Below are positions 47,155 to 58,735 of a stretch of 64,000 bases of DNA, piece by piece. The position numbers and the translations under genes were made by a program. This DNA is from Fistulifera solaris. Its lineage: Eukaryota. Each line of letters starts with the position of its first letter. Position 1 is the stretch's first letter. The notes beneath the pieces were generated by a model. That model had not been told where the DNA came from and did no database searches. It was given only the letters and a program-made list of their open reading frames with translations. The stretch is from assembly GCA_030295235.1 (NCBI GenBank), contig AP026162.1, positions 186,001-250,000 on the forward strand, read 5' to 3'.

Positions 47155-47850
47155 TGTTATTCGTTCCCTTGGATTGCTGGATGATCTCTCGCTTTGTGAT
47201 TGCAATGCAAACGGTGGATGCAATTACGGTTTTTTTTTTCTTGTTGATGTGTGCTACTAGAAAAAATACGGCCGTATTTTCTAGTGTGCTATGTGCGATG
47301 TGCATAAATAGCGTCTTGCCTTCATCCGTCATCGGGACAGAAAGTCAGTCGTGGACAAAAGCGGATACGTAGTAACATTTTGGCAAGGAGAAAATAAAGT
47401 TTGGGACTATAGTACGAGCGATGGCTATGGACTATGGATCCCAGTGTAATGACGTTTTTCATGACTGCATTTCAGTCATGAATTTTTTAATAAATTTTTC
47501 TGAGCCAGACTACTAGACCTAGTCGAACATATTAGCTCATATCCTTTGCTTGGTAAAGAGAACAACTGTTCTCATTACAATCCCAGAGGGCCGATGAGTT
47601 GCCCAAGAAAGAAACATAAGGGGCAGCATAGGTCCTAAGCCTAAGGTTTATGGGGACAGAGCCAAGTTTTTACGTAGTACTAAAGTCTGTCCTTCGTACG
47701 CAAGCTACCTACGTTGCGCGTCGCGATCTCGCCATAACCTCCTTCGCGACGCAAACGACACCAAGCAATTTTTACAGGGTCTTCTGTAATAAAAGCAATA
47801 CCAGGTATACCGCCCAACAATTCAACTCATTAAACAGCCATTTGGCGGAA

Positions 47851-50800
47851 ATGAAGAAAAGAAAGAGAGAAAGAGGAGACCTTCCCGAACGAACGAAGCC
47901 GTCCGCTCTGGTGGCAATCGAAAAATCGGATGAATTTCTTGTTCATGTCCTCAATGTTTCCGAGTTCGTCACAGCAAAAACAACTCCCAACAATACGCAA
48001 TTATCGTCATTGAATTACATACTGGAAGCTCTTCAAGAAAAGAAAGCAATGCCTGGTTGCCCTATATCCGAAAATGACGTCTGTTTGCTTCTCCTGCCGT
48101 GGGCTGTCCGTAATGTGCTTTCCGGGACGAACCTCACTCGCCCGATTTGGCATACCTTGTTTGTATCGATGGACGTTCTTGTCAATTCCGATGACAGTCA
48201 TGCGAAATATTCGCTCTCCAATCAAGTTCTGACACAAAGTACTCTTTTTAAACTGTGCCCGAGAGTAGCGTTGTTCATTGCGTCTTACAAAGAAGATGAT
48301 GAAGCAATCTCAGGAGTCGAAGAAGGCAACACAGCCAAGTCTCATGCCACCAAGGCGTATGTTATTCTTACCGAAAAGCTATTTCATCCAACAATGGATG
48401 TTGCTTGCAAGTCTCTGCTTTTATCAATTTTAGTGAAAGAGACTCAGGCTTCTTCCGATTACGATATGGTTTTGATGGCTACGATGAATTTGATCCATCG
48501 TTTAGTTGTTCACGGCAAAGGAAATCCAAAGACAACATTCCAGCTACTCGCCAGCGCTCCCATACTAACTGCCGTGTCTAAAATTTATTGCTATTTTCGA
48601 TCGAGAAACACTGTCAATGAAGATGTTTCTGGTCAGGTGTTGCAACTCGTAAAGAAAATCTTTTCATTCGGCTTGTTCCATCCTGCTCATCATCTTCAAG
48701 GCTTTTATTCTCTTCTTCACAAAACGAAGACTGCTCCGTTTTCAAAAGATGCTGTGATGCTTAAACAAAACGACAATGATTCGTCGTTTCGTTGTTATCA
48801 AGAGGAGCTTCTCAAGACGGTAGAAGAGTCGTTGTCGACGAATGACACGGAGTCCGAGGAAGTTGTTTCGATCATTCATGGTGTGTCGTTACTGTTCCAG
48901 GTGTTTTTAGAACAGAAATTGGAACAACGAGGGGATACTTCTTCGAAGAAAAAATCGCAAACGCTCGATCCGGTCAACATGCAATTTCAAATGTTTGCCA
49001 GATGGGTGGTGCGGCTGCAGCATCTCGTTGAGAATGGCGTCGAAGCGTTACGTTCCGCCGCGCTACAAGCGATATTGTCCATGCTGGAATCGCTTCTTGC
49101 GCACAACGCGTATTCCGCGTCACAGCACGATGAGAATGGGTATTTCTTCAATTTTCTAGCTGGAATTTATCTTCAAGTTTCTGCAACAAACAAGGTCACA
49201 ACACGCAATACAGAAAGCCTTGGGTCTATTATTCCTATTTTCATTGTTCTTTTGCGCTTGAACCACCGTCTCGTGCATGATTCTTTGGAAAGGCTTGTCA
49301 ATTGTTCTTTAGAAGTTGGTGTTCACGGAAATGAAGAGCAAGCTGCGGATTTACTTGTTGAAGTGTTCTCGTCTTACGAAAAGCTTCGGCAACAAAGTTA
49401 CGTTGTTGGAGGAATTCTGAAAGCACTTACTTCGCTGCGATCGAAAGGGAATGACGCGGAGGCTTATTTGTTCCTGGACCTCCTAGGGACTGAGAAGGTT
49501 CGCGCAACAGCATCGCATGCACTTCAGAGCTGTCCGATATTACTTGTGAAAGAAATATTTGATACGTTCGAGGAGTGGTTTGTTTTCACAGTATCGAAGA
49601 AAGACAATGAACCCCAAACCAACGGAGTGTGTCTCTATGTTGCCGTTGACGTGTTTGAAATTCTGTGTCAAAGTGTTATTGTGGACAAAACTACGGCTTC
49701 TCATATTGCTGAGATGTGCGAGCATTTCATGGAGCATGCATTATCTAGTCTCGCTACTGTGATGGCTGGCACTGCAGGGTCTGTTAAAAGCGCTCTTGCT
49801 GACATAGCATCGAGCTTATGCGGTGGGATAATAGATCTGCACGTTCGTTGTGCGTTCTGGTTGGGTCGGACGAACCATCTTGGTATCCCTTCATTGTTGT
49901 ACGAGCACTTGTCCAATTTCAGATACTTTGAGCCAAGCAAGTCGTCGCATTTCGCTGGAATGTTTTGTGGAGTCGCTCTCTTAGCATGCAACCGACTGAC
50001 GCAGATTGACACTGAAATACACGAAGAAGAGCGCAGGACAATAGAATCAGAAGATAAAATGAGCGATTCAGATTCCCTCGTAGCGGAAGGCAAAGCGCTG
50101 GCCTCCTCTATTTTCAACCTGGGCAATCACGTGAACTGCGACGAGCCGAGACAGTACCGGCATCCCTATCACTTCATTGCACGGCACCGCTTTCAATGGC
50201 TGAAATATGCTGACGACGGCCATATCTCCTTGTTCCTACGTTGGGTTTGTAAGGACGCATTTGTACCCACACTTGTCGACTCGCAAAAGTCAGCACCAAA
50301 AACCTCCACGTTGGGGGGAAGTTGATTTGTTTTTCGATAGCAGCTTTTTAAGTCACGGCTTGATTTACAAGCGACTTTTCTCCGAAGCCATTGCTGCTGC
50401 GTTTGACCTTATAAAACTTGGTCTTTCTATTGGCGATAATGCTGACAGAGACGGGATGTCTGATTTATTATCTGTCCTTGATCAACCGGACAATGGCCAA
50501 TCGCTGGCCGTTAGTCTTCGTCACTTGCAAGAGAAAGACATGGCTGTATTGATTGAAATATCGGACAGTCGACTGCCTTATCTATTCCGAAGGGCTTCCT
50601 ACCTTCTTCGCGAAGTGGCCGCACCTTCTGTTGATTCGTGCGATCCTTTCGACCATGGAAAGAAATTAATGCACATGCTATGTAAGCTTGACCTCGTCTT
50701 TCGATCCCTGAAGTTTCCAAGCACGTTGATTATACCTGAATGGACAGCCGCTCAATATATTCTGAGAAAAGTTTTATCACATTTGTTAAAGCCCCTCCTT

Positions 50801-52267
50801 GCCGAATCACTGCGCACGTGTCTTGAAACGCGCCAACAAGCTCTGGATACTGTTGAAAGAGTGTTTGACTCTTTCGCGACAAAAGACTATCTTAGTTTTA
50901 CCAGTGATGAAACCGCTTCTTGTGGACTTGAGCTTCACGTCACCTGTATTGTCGGATCTCTTTTGGAGTCGGACTCAGCTTCAGATCTAATGAAATCTCT
51001 CAGAAATATGACTACTCTAGCAAGAAAGCGAAGCGACGACTTAGCACTTGTTGCTTTTAGCCGCTTCCTCGCAGAGGGCATACGAAAATATAAAGTTATA
51101 AACGACTGCCCCTCTCGAGATCTAACTTCGTTTCTGGAAGCACTTTGGGCGGTCACGAAGTTACGTTTCCAACAGGACTTGTTAGTAAGCAGTGCCTCAT
51201 GCAGTCGACTTAGAAGTGAGTGCCTGCTCCTTAGTTGCGACCTTCTGAGAATTGAGTTTAATGAGAAGCGATACCTGGAGTTGTTTGATGAAAGCACGGA
51301 CGACGAATCAATTTTACAAAGTAGAGACGCGGCAATAAATGAATACGAATCTCAATCGCACGTTTATATTATTGGGTTCTTGGCGCTTACTTGCACAGAG
51401 AGATCGCGTTGCAAGCGTTTACTCAATGCAATCATCAAACAGAAAAAAGAACATTCGTTACTGGATGCCGCTTTCAGGAATGTGCTCATTCATATTGCTG
51501 CAGACGACATCGACGAATTGCTTGAAAGATTGATACAGCACGAAGCCCCACAAGCCACTTTACGGTATCTCTTGCTCTGCGTGCAATGCGCGACGGCTGA
51601 CCAAGCGACTGTCGTTGCCAAGAACGCTCAAACGATATTCATCCTTACCACGAAACTGCTCAATTCTAGCTCTCGTTCACAGGAGAGTCGTAACATGGGC
51701 CTTGATTTATCATTGGAAATTGTTGACTTTTTGCTAAACCACAGGGAAATAATCATCTTCCGCGAGTTTGACATTGCGGTTATTTTATCGCACCTCTGTG
51801 CAGCTCTTGGTGATTGCGACCAGCACACCGGATCAGAAGTCTCTGTCTCCACATTTTCGTGGTGCACTACGATCCTCACGTCGATGTTCCAACGTTATTC
51901 AAAGTATCTCTACGCATGCGTCCCCACCGTAATCTCGCTATACTTTTGTTTGTTGAAACATGCCATGTTCGGCCCTGTCGATCGAAAGGTAGCGCAGCAG
52001 CTTGCTGGAGTATGTGAACTAATGGTTGCCCACAAGGAAGTCTACAAGAAGCACGTGCTGGGTATAGTTCTCGAGTTCGTATGGCAGGTCGGATTTCTCT
52101 CTTTGGAACATCGAAATCGAATGCTTCCTGCCATTTATTCACTACTCGATACAATGTCAACGTATGAAATGCAACAATTGAATGCTAGCATGAAAACAGA
52201 GCAGAAAGTTCTCTTCAGAACGATCTACCAGTCGTACCAGAAAGGCCACACATACAAGGGACAATAA
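47851..52267 (+). CDS. URB2: URB2/Npa2-like nucleolar ribosome biogenesis protein; apparent frameshift ~50315
   Basis: About 1470 aa of helical sequence in two ORFs that meet at a G6 run. Basic NLS (MKKRKR). C-terminus PAIYSLLD...FRTIYQSYQKGHTYKGQ is typical of the Urb2 domain. Confidence 0.78.
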
Positions 52268-52380
52268 TGCAGAATTCTAAACTAGTGCTGAACCATACGA
52301 AGTCATTCTAGTCCTTACAATTCAATGTAAAAACGACGACGAGCACGCAATCACTTCATTTTATGTGATATCTATCAGCC

Positions 52381-53540
52381 TTACGCATTGAGCTTGTTCA
52401 ACAGAACTAGTTTTTCCAAGCACTCGTCGACATCCATATCTTCCAATGCATCAAATACACTGCCCATGCTTCCATCTGGTTGCTTGACACGAGGGTCAAC
52501 GGACCAGTCTTTGATTGTCTTTTCCGAGAGACCTGCCGCCAACAACGCGCTACCGAATGAATCGTCGCTAATCTTAGTTCCCAACCAGTTCATTCTTTCG
52601 GCAAGGCCCTCAAAGGACTAGCACTGGCGTGAACACCATTGTCGCCCTTGTTGGGTTTCTCAGCCAAGCCAAGGGCAGTATAGTCATCCAGAATAGCCTT
52701 TCGCAAACTTCCGGGTGGACCATCAGCGGGATCCGTCGGTCCAAGCACAATGTTACGGAAATCAGACCACGAGATTGTCTTGGGACTGAACTCAACGACA
52801 AAGCAGTAAATACTGGTTCCAGCACCGACAAACTTGGAGCGCATCGACATGAAGAAAGCGTTGAAGACGTACAATTTTTGCCCATTCATCGATACGATGC
52901 CACAGTAGAAGCCTCCGCCAAATTTTTCCACTTTTTCCGCTTTACCCCACGCTTCATCCAATTGTTGGGCATCCTAATGAAGACGATATGTGAGCTTGAA
53001 TCATCTATTAGTCGTTTTTGTTACAAAACGTAGTATGTAACTTACACATCCGAAGCGTTTGCACGCCTCCATCGCGTTGCAAGCACGATTTTCAGCGAGA
53101 ACAGTCTCCCAGGATTCGCCGAATGCATTTTGGAACTTGTCAGCAGGAACAGGAATGTCTTTGGCCGGAAGAATCGTTGCCTTGGATGCTGAAAATAGTT
53201 AGAAGATTCACTGAGAATTCGTGATTCTTCGACGGAGAAAACAAAACTTTGCAGGACCGCTTACAAAATACTCACCGATAGCGTAATAATGCTGATCAAT
53301 CAACTTCTTTTCGTCAATCGTTTCTCCGCTAATACAAACTTCTGACAAGATCGTAACACCTTTCGACTGGAGAGTATTGCGTACGAGGTCCTGGACCGAC
53401 GCCGTGTTGGCATGAGGTTTCACAAAGACGAACGCAGAGTTTGTGAGTGGTGCATTGCAGGTTTTATCACTCTTGGCCTTCCAAATGGAAAGGCCAGCAG
53501 TGGCTGTAAATAATAAGAAATCCATACTAAAGAATATCAT
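52381..53540 (-). CDS. Divergent nucleoside-diphosphate-kinase-like protein; two introns (~53191..53276, ~52975..53045); apparent frameshift ~52611
   Basis: Motifs AFVFVKPHA, IDQHYYAI, WSDFR..LGPTDP...GSLR and NGVHASASP(F)EGLAER, with the phospho-His motif retained. Confidence 0.82.
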
Positions 53541-53759
53541 GAGATGTTTCTCTCAATACGCAATTACGACAACAAACAACGTCGAAACGAAAAGCGATCG
53601 TTTCTTTTTTTCAGTCGCGTGCTTTTGCGTTCGATTTTCACGGGCGCGCACGCGATGACGACTTGATGACGTGTCGAGCATCACTTCGGACTTCGGAGTA
53701 CCAGGTATCTTGAAGACGTTATGATTACGTCACCCGATTCACGGGTCCCGTGCACGCCT

Positions 53760-54800
53760 TGCGTTCCAGAAATTCTGGACCAACTATAGTTCATTCAAAC
53801 AGAAAAACTGGGGCGGTCCAGAAATTCTGGACCATTTGTATTGTCATTCACACAGAAAATCTGGGTTGGTCAAAAATTCTGGACCAGTTGTATTGTCATT
53901 CACACAGAAAATCTGGGTTGATCCAGAAATTCTGGACCAGTTGTATTGTCATTCATACAGAAAATCTGGGTTGGTCCAGAAATTCTGGACCATTTGTATT
54001 GTCATTCACACAGAAAATCTGGGTTGATCCAGAAATTCTGGACCACTTGTATTTTCATTCATACAGAAAATCTAAGTATGGTCCAGAAATTCTGGACCAC
54101 TTGTATTTTCATTCACACAGAAAATCTGGGTTGATCCAGAAATTCTGGACCAGTTGTATTTTCATTCAAACAGAAAAACTGGAGCGGTCCAGAAATTCTG
54201 GACCACTTGTATTTTCATTCCTACAGAAAATCTAAGTATGGTCCAGAAATTCTGGACCAGTTGCATTTTCATTCAAACAGAAAATCTGGTCTGGTCCAGA
54301 AATTCTGGACCAGTTGTATTTTCATTCAAACAGAAAAACTGGGGCGGTCCAGAATTTCTGGACCATACTAGATTTTCTGTGATCCAGAAATTCTGGACCA
54401 GTTGTATTTTCATTCATACAGAGAATCTGGGTTGGTCCAGAAATTCTGGACCAGTTGTATTGTCATTCACACAGAAAATCTGGGTTGGTCCAGAAATTCT
54501 GGACCGGTTGTATTGTCATTCACACAGAAAATCTGGGTTGGTCCAGAAATTCTGGACCAGTTGTATTTTCATTCAAACAGAAAAACTGGGGCGGTCCAGA
54601 ATTTCTGGACCAATCGTATTTTCATTCATACAGAAAAACGGAGGCGGTCCAGAAACTCTGGACAACTTGTATTTTCATTCATACAGAAAATCTGGTGTGG
54701 TCCAGAAATTCTGGACCACTTGTATTTTCATTCATACAGAAAATCTGGTGTGGTCCAGAAATTCTGGATTCTGGACCACTTGAATTTCATTCATACAGAA
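53760..54800. repeat. 53-bp satellite, ~20 copies, palindromic core GGTCCAGAAATTCTGGACC
   Basis: Cores at 53766, 53818, 53871, 53923, 53976, 54029, 54083, 54136, 54189, 54243, 54296, 54349, 54384, 54437, 54490, 54543, 54596, 54649, 54702 and 54755. The intervening sequence is also repeated. Confidence 0.97.
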
Positions 54801-54974
54801 ATGCTGCCTGAGAAATAATTATTCCTTCAGCCAAAACTCATGCTTCAACCGTCGACAAGAAAGTGAAGTATTCTCCCACTAATCAAAGTTCTTGTACACA
54901 CGAAACATTATGATTTCACGTATCAAGCTCATTATCTATTGATTGATGATTTTAAATTAATGTAATATTACCTT

Positions 54975-57420
54975 TTAGCTTGGAGCCGCGGCTCCATCGA
55001 CGTCCACCTCAACATCTTCCAGAATCATGTCATCCAACGGTTGCCCGGGCGCCACCAAGGGCAAGCACGGTGTTCGTTCCACGCGGACGTGAAACAAGAC
55101 AGGCTCATCAGGGTCATTGAACAAAAAGTCTTTCATAGCTGCTTCCAGATCTTCCTCCGCGTCGCAATAGACGGACTTAATACCAAAGGCTTTCGCCAAG
55201 GTGCAATAATCCGGGTTAGCTGTGTTTCGCACCGCCAACAAACGGTTATTGTGGAACAAACGTTGCCAGTATTCGACCATCATCTGACCATCATTATCGA
55301 TGATCATTAGTTTAACGGCAATTCCTTCTTCCTTCAGAGTCTTTAACTCAGTAAAAGTCATATTGAATGAACCATCTCCATCCACAGATATACATATTTT
55401 TCCGGGATTGGCTAGTTTCGCTCCAATGCAATATCCCAAGGAAACACCCATGGTACCCAACGAACCACTGCTCAGCATTTGACGAGGTTGCGTCCAAGTG
55501 ATCAACTGTGCAGCGATCATTTGATGGACACCAACACCTGTGGTGAAAATGGCATTGTCCATTTGTCCAGCTTCCAACAACTGTCTGTTTAGCTCGGCGA
55601 CAACCGACTGAGCCGACATTCGGGTACGAGGAACAATGGCCTCTTCACCTTGTTCGTTCACGGCACGAATACTTTCGGTTTTGAAGTGAGGAATTTTCAC
55701 CGGGAAGTCTTTCTGCAACCGGGCCATGTGCTTGAGCCATGGTGCGGTAATGGAAGCTCTACCGAATTCGGTATCTTTGTGAAGCAATGCGTTCATGGTC
55801 TGTAAGAATCGCTTGCCCGTAGTGTGGACAAAGTACGAAGGAGCTAACTGTTTCTTGTGTTCCGTTCGTCGGATATCAACGTGAATGATGCCACCCCTTC
55901 CTTCTTCCGCAGCTTCTCGTGCCTTGGGGATATAACTTCCCATTCGTCCCGTAATACGATCGTCAAATCGTGATCCCACGCAGATGACCAAATCAGATTC
56001 CTGAAACATAAAGTTGGGCGTTGGGTGGCCGTGCATTCCCACCATGTTCAAAGCCAAGGGACTGCGCTCATCGAAGCAACCGAGAGCATGCAGAGTTGTT
56101 GCCACAGGGATCTGTAATTTTTCTGCAAAGTACTTGAGGTCTTCTGGGGAATCGTTGCAACCTTGACCGGCCAAGATGACAGGTTTTCGAGCTTGTCGAA
56201 TCAAATTTAGCATTTCCTTCGCCATGGGACTTCCCTTCATCGAATGCCATTTCTTTCACCGTTTCGCCGTTGGGTGCATTCTTTACAATGGTGTGCGTAG
56301 GATTGTGATCCGCGTGGAAGTCGTCACGTGCATCCGCGCTTTCTTCCACCACCGGGATGGCATCAATCTGATACTTGTTCTCCGCATCCTTGATAATTTG
56401 AAAGGGCAATCCTTTGCCTTCCGTTCCAATGTGCACGGCTTGCATAACCGATCCATCAGCACGCCGTCTTTCACTGAGACGGCAAAAAGCAGTGTCGTAA
56501 TTGGGTTCATTCAAATTGGTCTCAACAAATGAATCCATGAGTTCGGGTGTAAGAATTTGGTTTTGCAGATCCTTGGGCAAATCCACAAAGACGGGTCCCG
56601 GTCTTCCATTACGGGCAACGTAAAAAGCATAGTCCAAGACCATAGGAAGCTCCGCAGCTGACTTGATTTGATACGCCCACTTGGTGCAAGGTCGGGTGAG
56701 ATCTACCGCTGGACATGACTGGAAGGCATCTTTCGGTGCATTTGTGGCAGCTTGGCCACAAAGAGCAACGAGGGGAACTCCATCACAGATAGCATCTTGA
56801 AGAGGAGTAATTAGGTTCGTCAGACCAGGACCCGATGTGGCAATGCAGACACCAACCGGAAGATGCTTTCCTCCGAAGGGTTGCGATTTGCCATACCCTT
56901 CAGCAATATGTCCGGCTGAGTTTTCGTTTGAGTTTGTGATCCATCGGATAGGCTTCTTTCCTTCATGTCGAGGGTGCAGTTCATGAAACTGATCCAGGAG
57001 GGGCAAGACAGCGCCACCCGAGAATCCGTTGACGACCTCGACGCCATGTTCCACCAATTTGCTGTAAATGATAGCAGCCCCAGACTGACCTTGATATTGT
57101 GAAAGATAAGCAGAGACTGCCGCTCTTGTTTCCACAGCAGCGATCTGTGCTAACTTGGGATCATTATTCTTGAGATCAGGCTTTTTTTTGCTGCCGTGCG
57201 GCAGACGCAAGCTTCGCATCGGATTCTCTAAAGTTATTGGCGATCGAGTGCTTGAGAATTTCAATATCATCCTCGGTCGTGCTACTCAAAGGTCCTGTGC
57301 CTTTGAAGTAAGGAGAAAGACACAAATGCGGGACTTTTAGGCAATGCCTTTGAAGGAACAAAAGCGAAAGACGATGGTGTCGCCACCAACAAGAAAAACC
57401 GAAGCAGCGGAAAACTTCAT
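54975..57420 (-). CDS. ilvB: Acetolactate synthase large subunit, plastid; three apparent frameshifts (~57315, ~57185, ~56235)
   Basis: Presequence MKFSAASVFLLVATPSSFAFVP. Motifs GFSGGAVLP, ATSGPGLTN, GRPGPVFVDLPKD, GMHG, RFDDRITG, GVGVHQM and GDGSFNM. Confidence 0.93.
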
Positions 57421-58082
57421 CTTGATCGGTGCGCGTTAGTTTCAAAGCGATTTAAGTTGTCGAATAGAGAGCGCAAACGGAGCCTTGATCCAAGTCAAGT
57501 TACTTCACTACGTAGCGACTCTTTTCAGGGAGGAAGATGAGAAAAAGAGTTGATTAATAAGGTGTGTGCACGAATGCGATAATAGCGAAAGAAGAAGCCG
57601 ATGTTACGTGGTCCTCTTCAAATTGAAAGAGCGGTGCACTCGAATGGCTTTGGTTTTTTCGCTGTTTGATGCGCTTCAGTCGCCGTAGACGGCTACGAGG
57701 ATTTAGTACCAGGATGAGTCTCCGGTTGGACGGTCACACGCTTTCTGTGTCAGGTGCTGCAATTTCTTTTTTCGTACATCCTATTCCATAGTCAGGGCCC
57801 TCACGTCTGCACCTCTATGGACCACTCTGTACTCAAATTGGTGGCTGCAAGCAAAACTGCAACCGCGCGTCGGCCAGAAATTTTGATGATGTCACATGTG
57901 CGTCCTTCTGACGTAAGATCCACTCGTCCGACCGTCGGCTGTCATTCGTGAAAGCGAGCGCTCACTTTTTGACGTTTTGACAAATAATAACGAAGGCATG
58001 TTCCATTAAATCATCTCTGATTACTTTTCTACCGAATAACAATTAGCGAAACTCAACTGAGTAATAAAGCAAGAGAAAGGCC

Positions 58083-58352
58083 ATGTACCGAAGAACACTG
58101 CAAGTGCTAGCTTCGCAAGGAAAACGGACGGTTGTTCGAGATCCTAGAAAACGACATGTGCCGACCTCTTCCATGGTGTCTGTTCCGCCACAGAGGCACG
58201 AAATTCAAGAGCAGCCTCGACCGCCTCCCCTTTTGCAACAGCCTAGCTTGCATCCACCGCAGACTCTTGCTTCAAGCCTCGGTAGTTACGTTGTTGCTGG
58301 CGTTGGAGTCACATTGGGTGTCGTCTTGGTTCGAGTCGTTCTTGGCTTTTAA
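58083..58352 (+). CDS. Small hypothetical tail-anchored protein
   Basis: Basic N-terminus, Pro/Gln linker and a C-terminal Gly/Val hydrophobic helix. Isolated ORF with a plausible ATG context. Confidence 0.55.
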   Translation: MYRRTLQVLASQGKRTVVRDPRKRHVPTSSMVSVPPQRHEIQEQPRPPPLLQQPSLHPPQTLASSLGSYVVAGVGVTLGVVLVRVVLGF

Positions 58353-58735
58353 GACTTTATTGTATTGCTGTTTGCGAAAGAAACCTATGAAGTCTTATAC
58401 ATTTCCAACTTTTATATCTTGAGTAGAAGGAGGATTTCAAGACTTAGCTTTCGCCTAACGGTCGCTACATTCTGTTATATTCACGGAATTAGAAATCTAA
58501 AACATCGAAGGTAACGTAGGTACGGAGGACTTTAACTAGATATGGCTGAACATGAGATATCCACTCAGATCTAATTTTTTACAGAGTAGTATTTTACTAG
58601 AAATCTATCAACGATGCCTTATTTCGTAGCATTCGAGCTTCTACCGAGAAAATATTCCGCCAAGGATATTCATCGGTGAACTACTGATACGTGTGTCCAT
58701 ATAAGGCAAGCCACCCCAGAAGATTTTTATATCGT

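Noticed and set aside
53760..54800. CRISPR array (palindromic repeats at regular spacing)
   Set aside because: The sequence between palindromes is itself repeated rather than unique spacers. There are no cas genes and the context is eukaryotic.
53750..54818. Repetitive ORFs (QKFWT.../RNSGP...) in the ORF track
   Set aside because: They are translations of the 53-bp satellite in rotating frames. The same applies to ORFs at 2736-3464 and 20428-21099.
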